From the NCBI GenBank assembly GCA_045127595.1, contig JBGVQS010000027.1:42447-66446 (forward strand): 24,000 nt of DNA. Direction: 5' to 3'. The notes under the pieces are model-generated. The model saw nothing but the letters and a program-made list of their open reading frames with translations, searched no databases and was not told the origin of the DNA. Within the stretch, counting starts at the first letter, position 1. The number at the start of each line of letters is the position of its first letter. Of the stretch, positions 23,961 through 24,000 are shown in pieces. The position numbers and the translations under genes are program-made. Origin of the DNA: Candidatus Scatosoma sp. (GTDB lineage: Bacteria; Bacillota; Clostridia; Christensenellales; Borkfalkiaceae).

Positions 23961-24000
23961 ACTAATATATATCAATAAAGGATGCGCATTATATATGGAA

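Overview
The window looks like a chromosomal segment from a low/mid-GC, Clostridia-type Firmicute, judging by Spo0A, a YlxY/PdaB-like deacetylase paired with an M16 peptidase, GroESL, MutS2 and Tex. Most of it is tightly packed housekeeping genes, mainly on the + strand: mutS2, deacetylase, M16 peptidase, two DNA glycosylase-type repair genes, tex, acpP, a YbiT-like ABC-F ATPase, spo0A, groES-groEL (- strand), dCMP deaminase, cyclophilin and purB. There are four accessory or unusual parts. (1) A single-ORF IS200-type element lies between spo0A and groEL. (2) A compact five-gene operon at 16583-19896 encodes a small signal-peptide-like ORF, an HPr-kinase-like P-loop protein, a PqqD/RRE protein, an S24/S26-type peptidase and an ABC exporter. 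It resembles a RiPP maturation/export system but lacks the defining enzymes of every class I know, and it is my best candidate for an undescribed system. (3) An AraC regulator is transcribed divergently from an N-acetylhexosamine 1-kinase (NahK-like) gene. (4) A low-GC two-gene module (a toxin-like protein with a KHPR..GKF motif plus a CPCC zinc-ribbon protein) sits beside tRNA-Leu(CAA). Two housekeeping genes also carry unexpected active-site changes. The Spo0A receiver domain has Gly where the phospho-acceptor Asp should be. The second nucleotide-binding domain of the ABC-F protein lacks a canonical Walker A motif. I saw no CRISPR array and no rRNA. All family assignments come from reading motifs and from memory of reference sequences; no database search was run.
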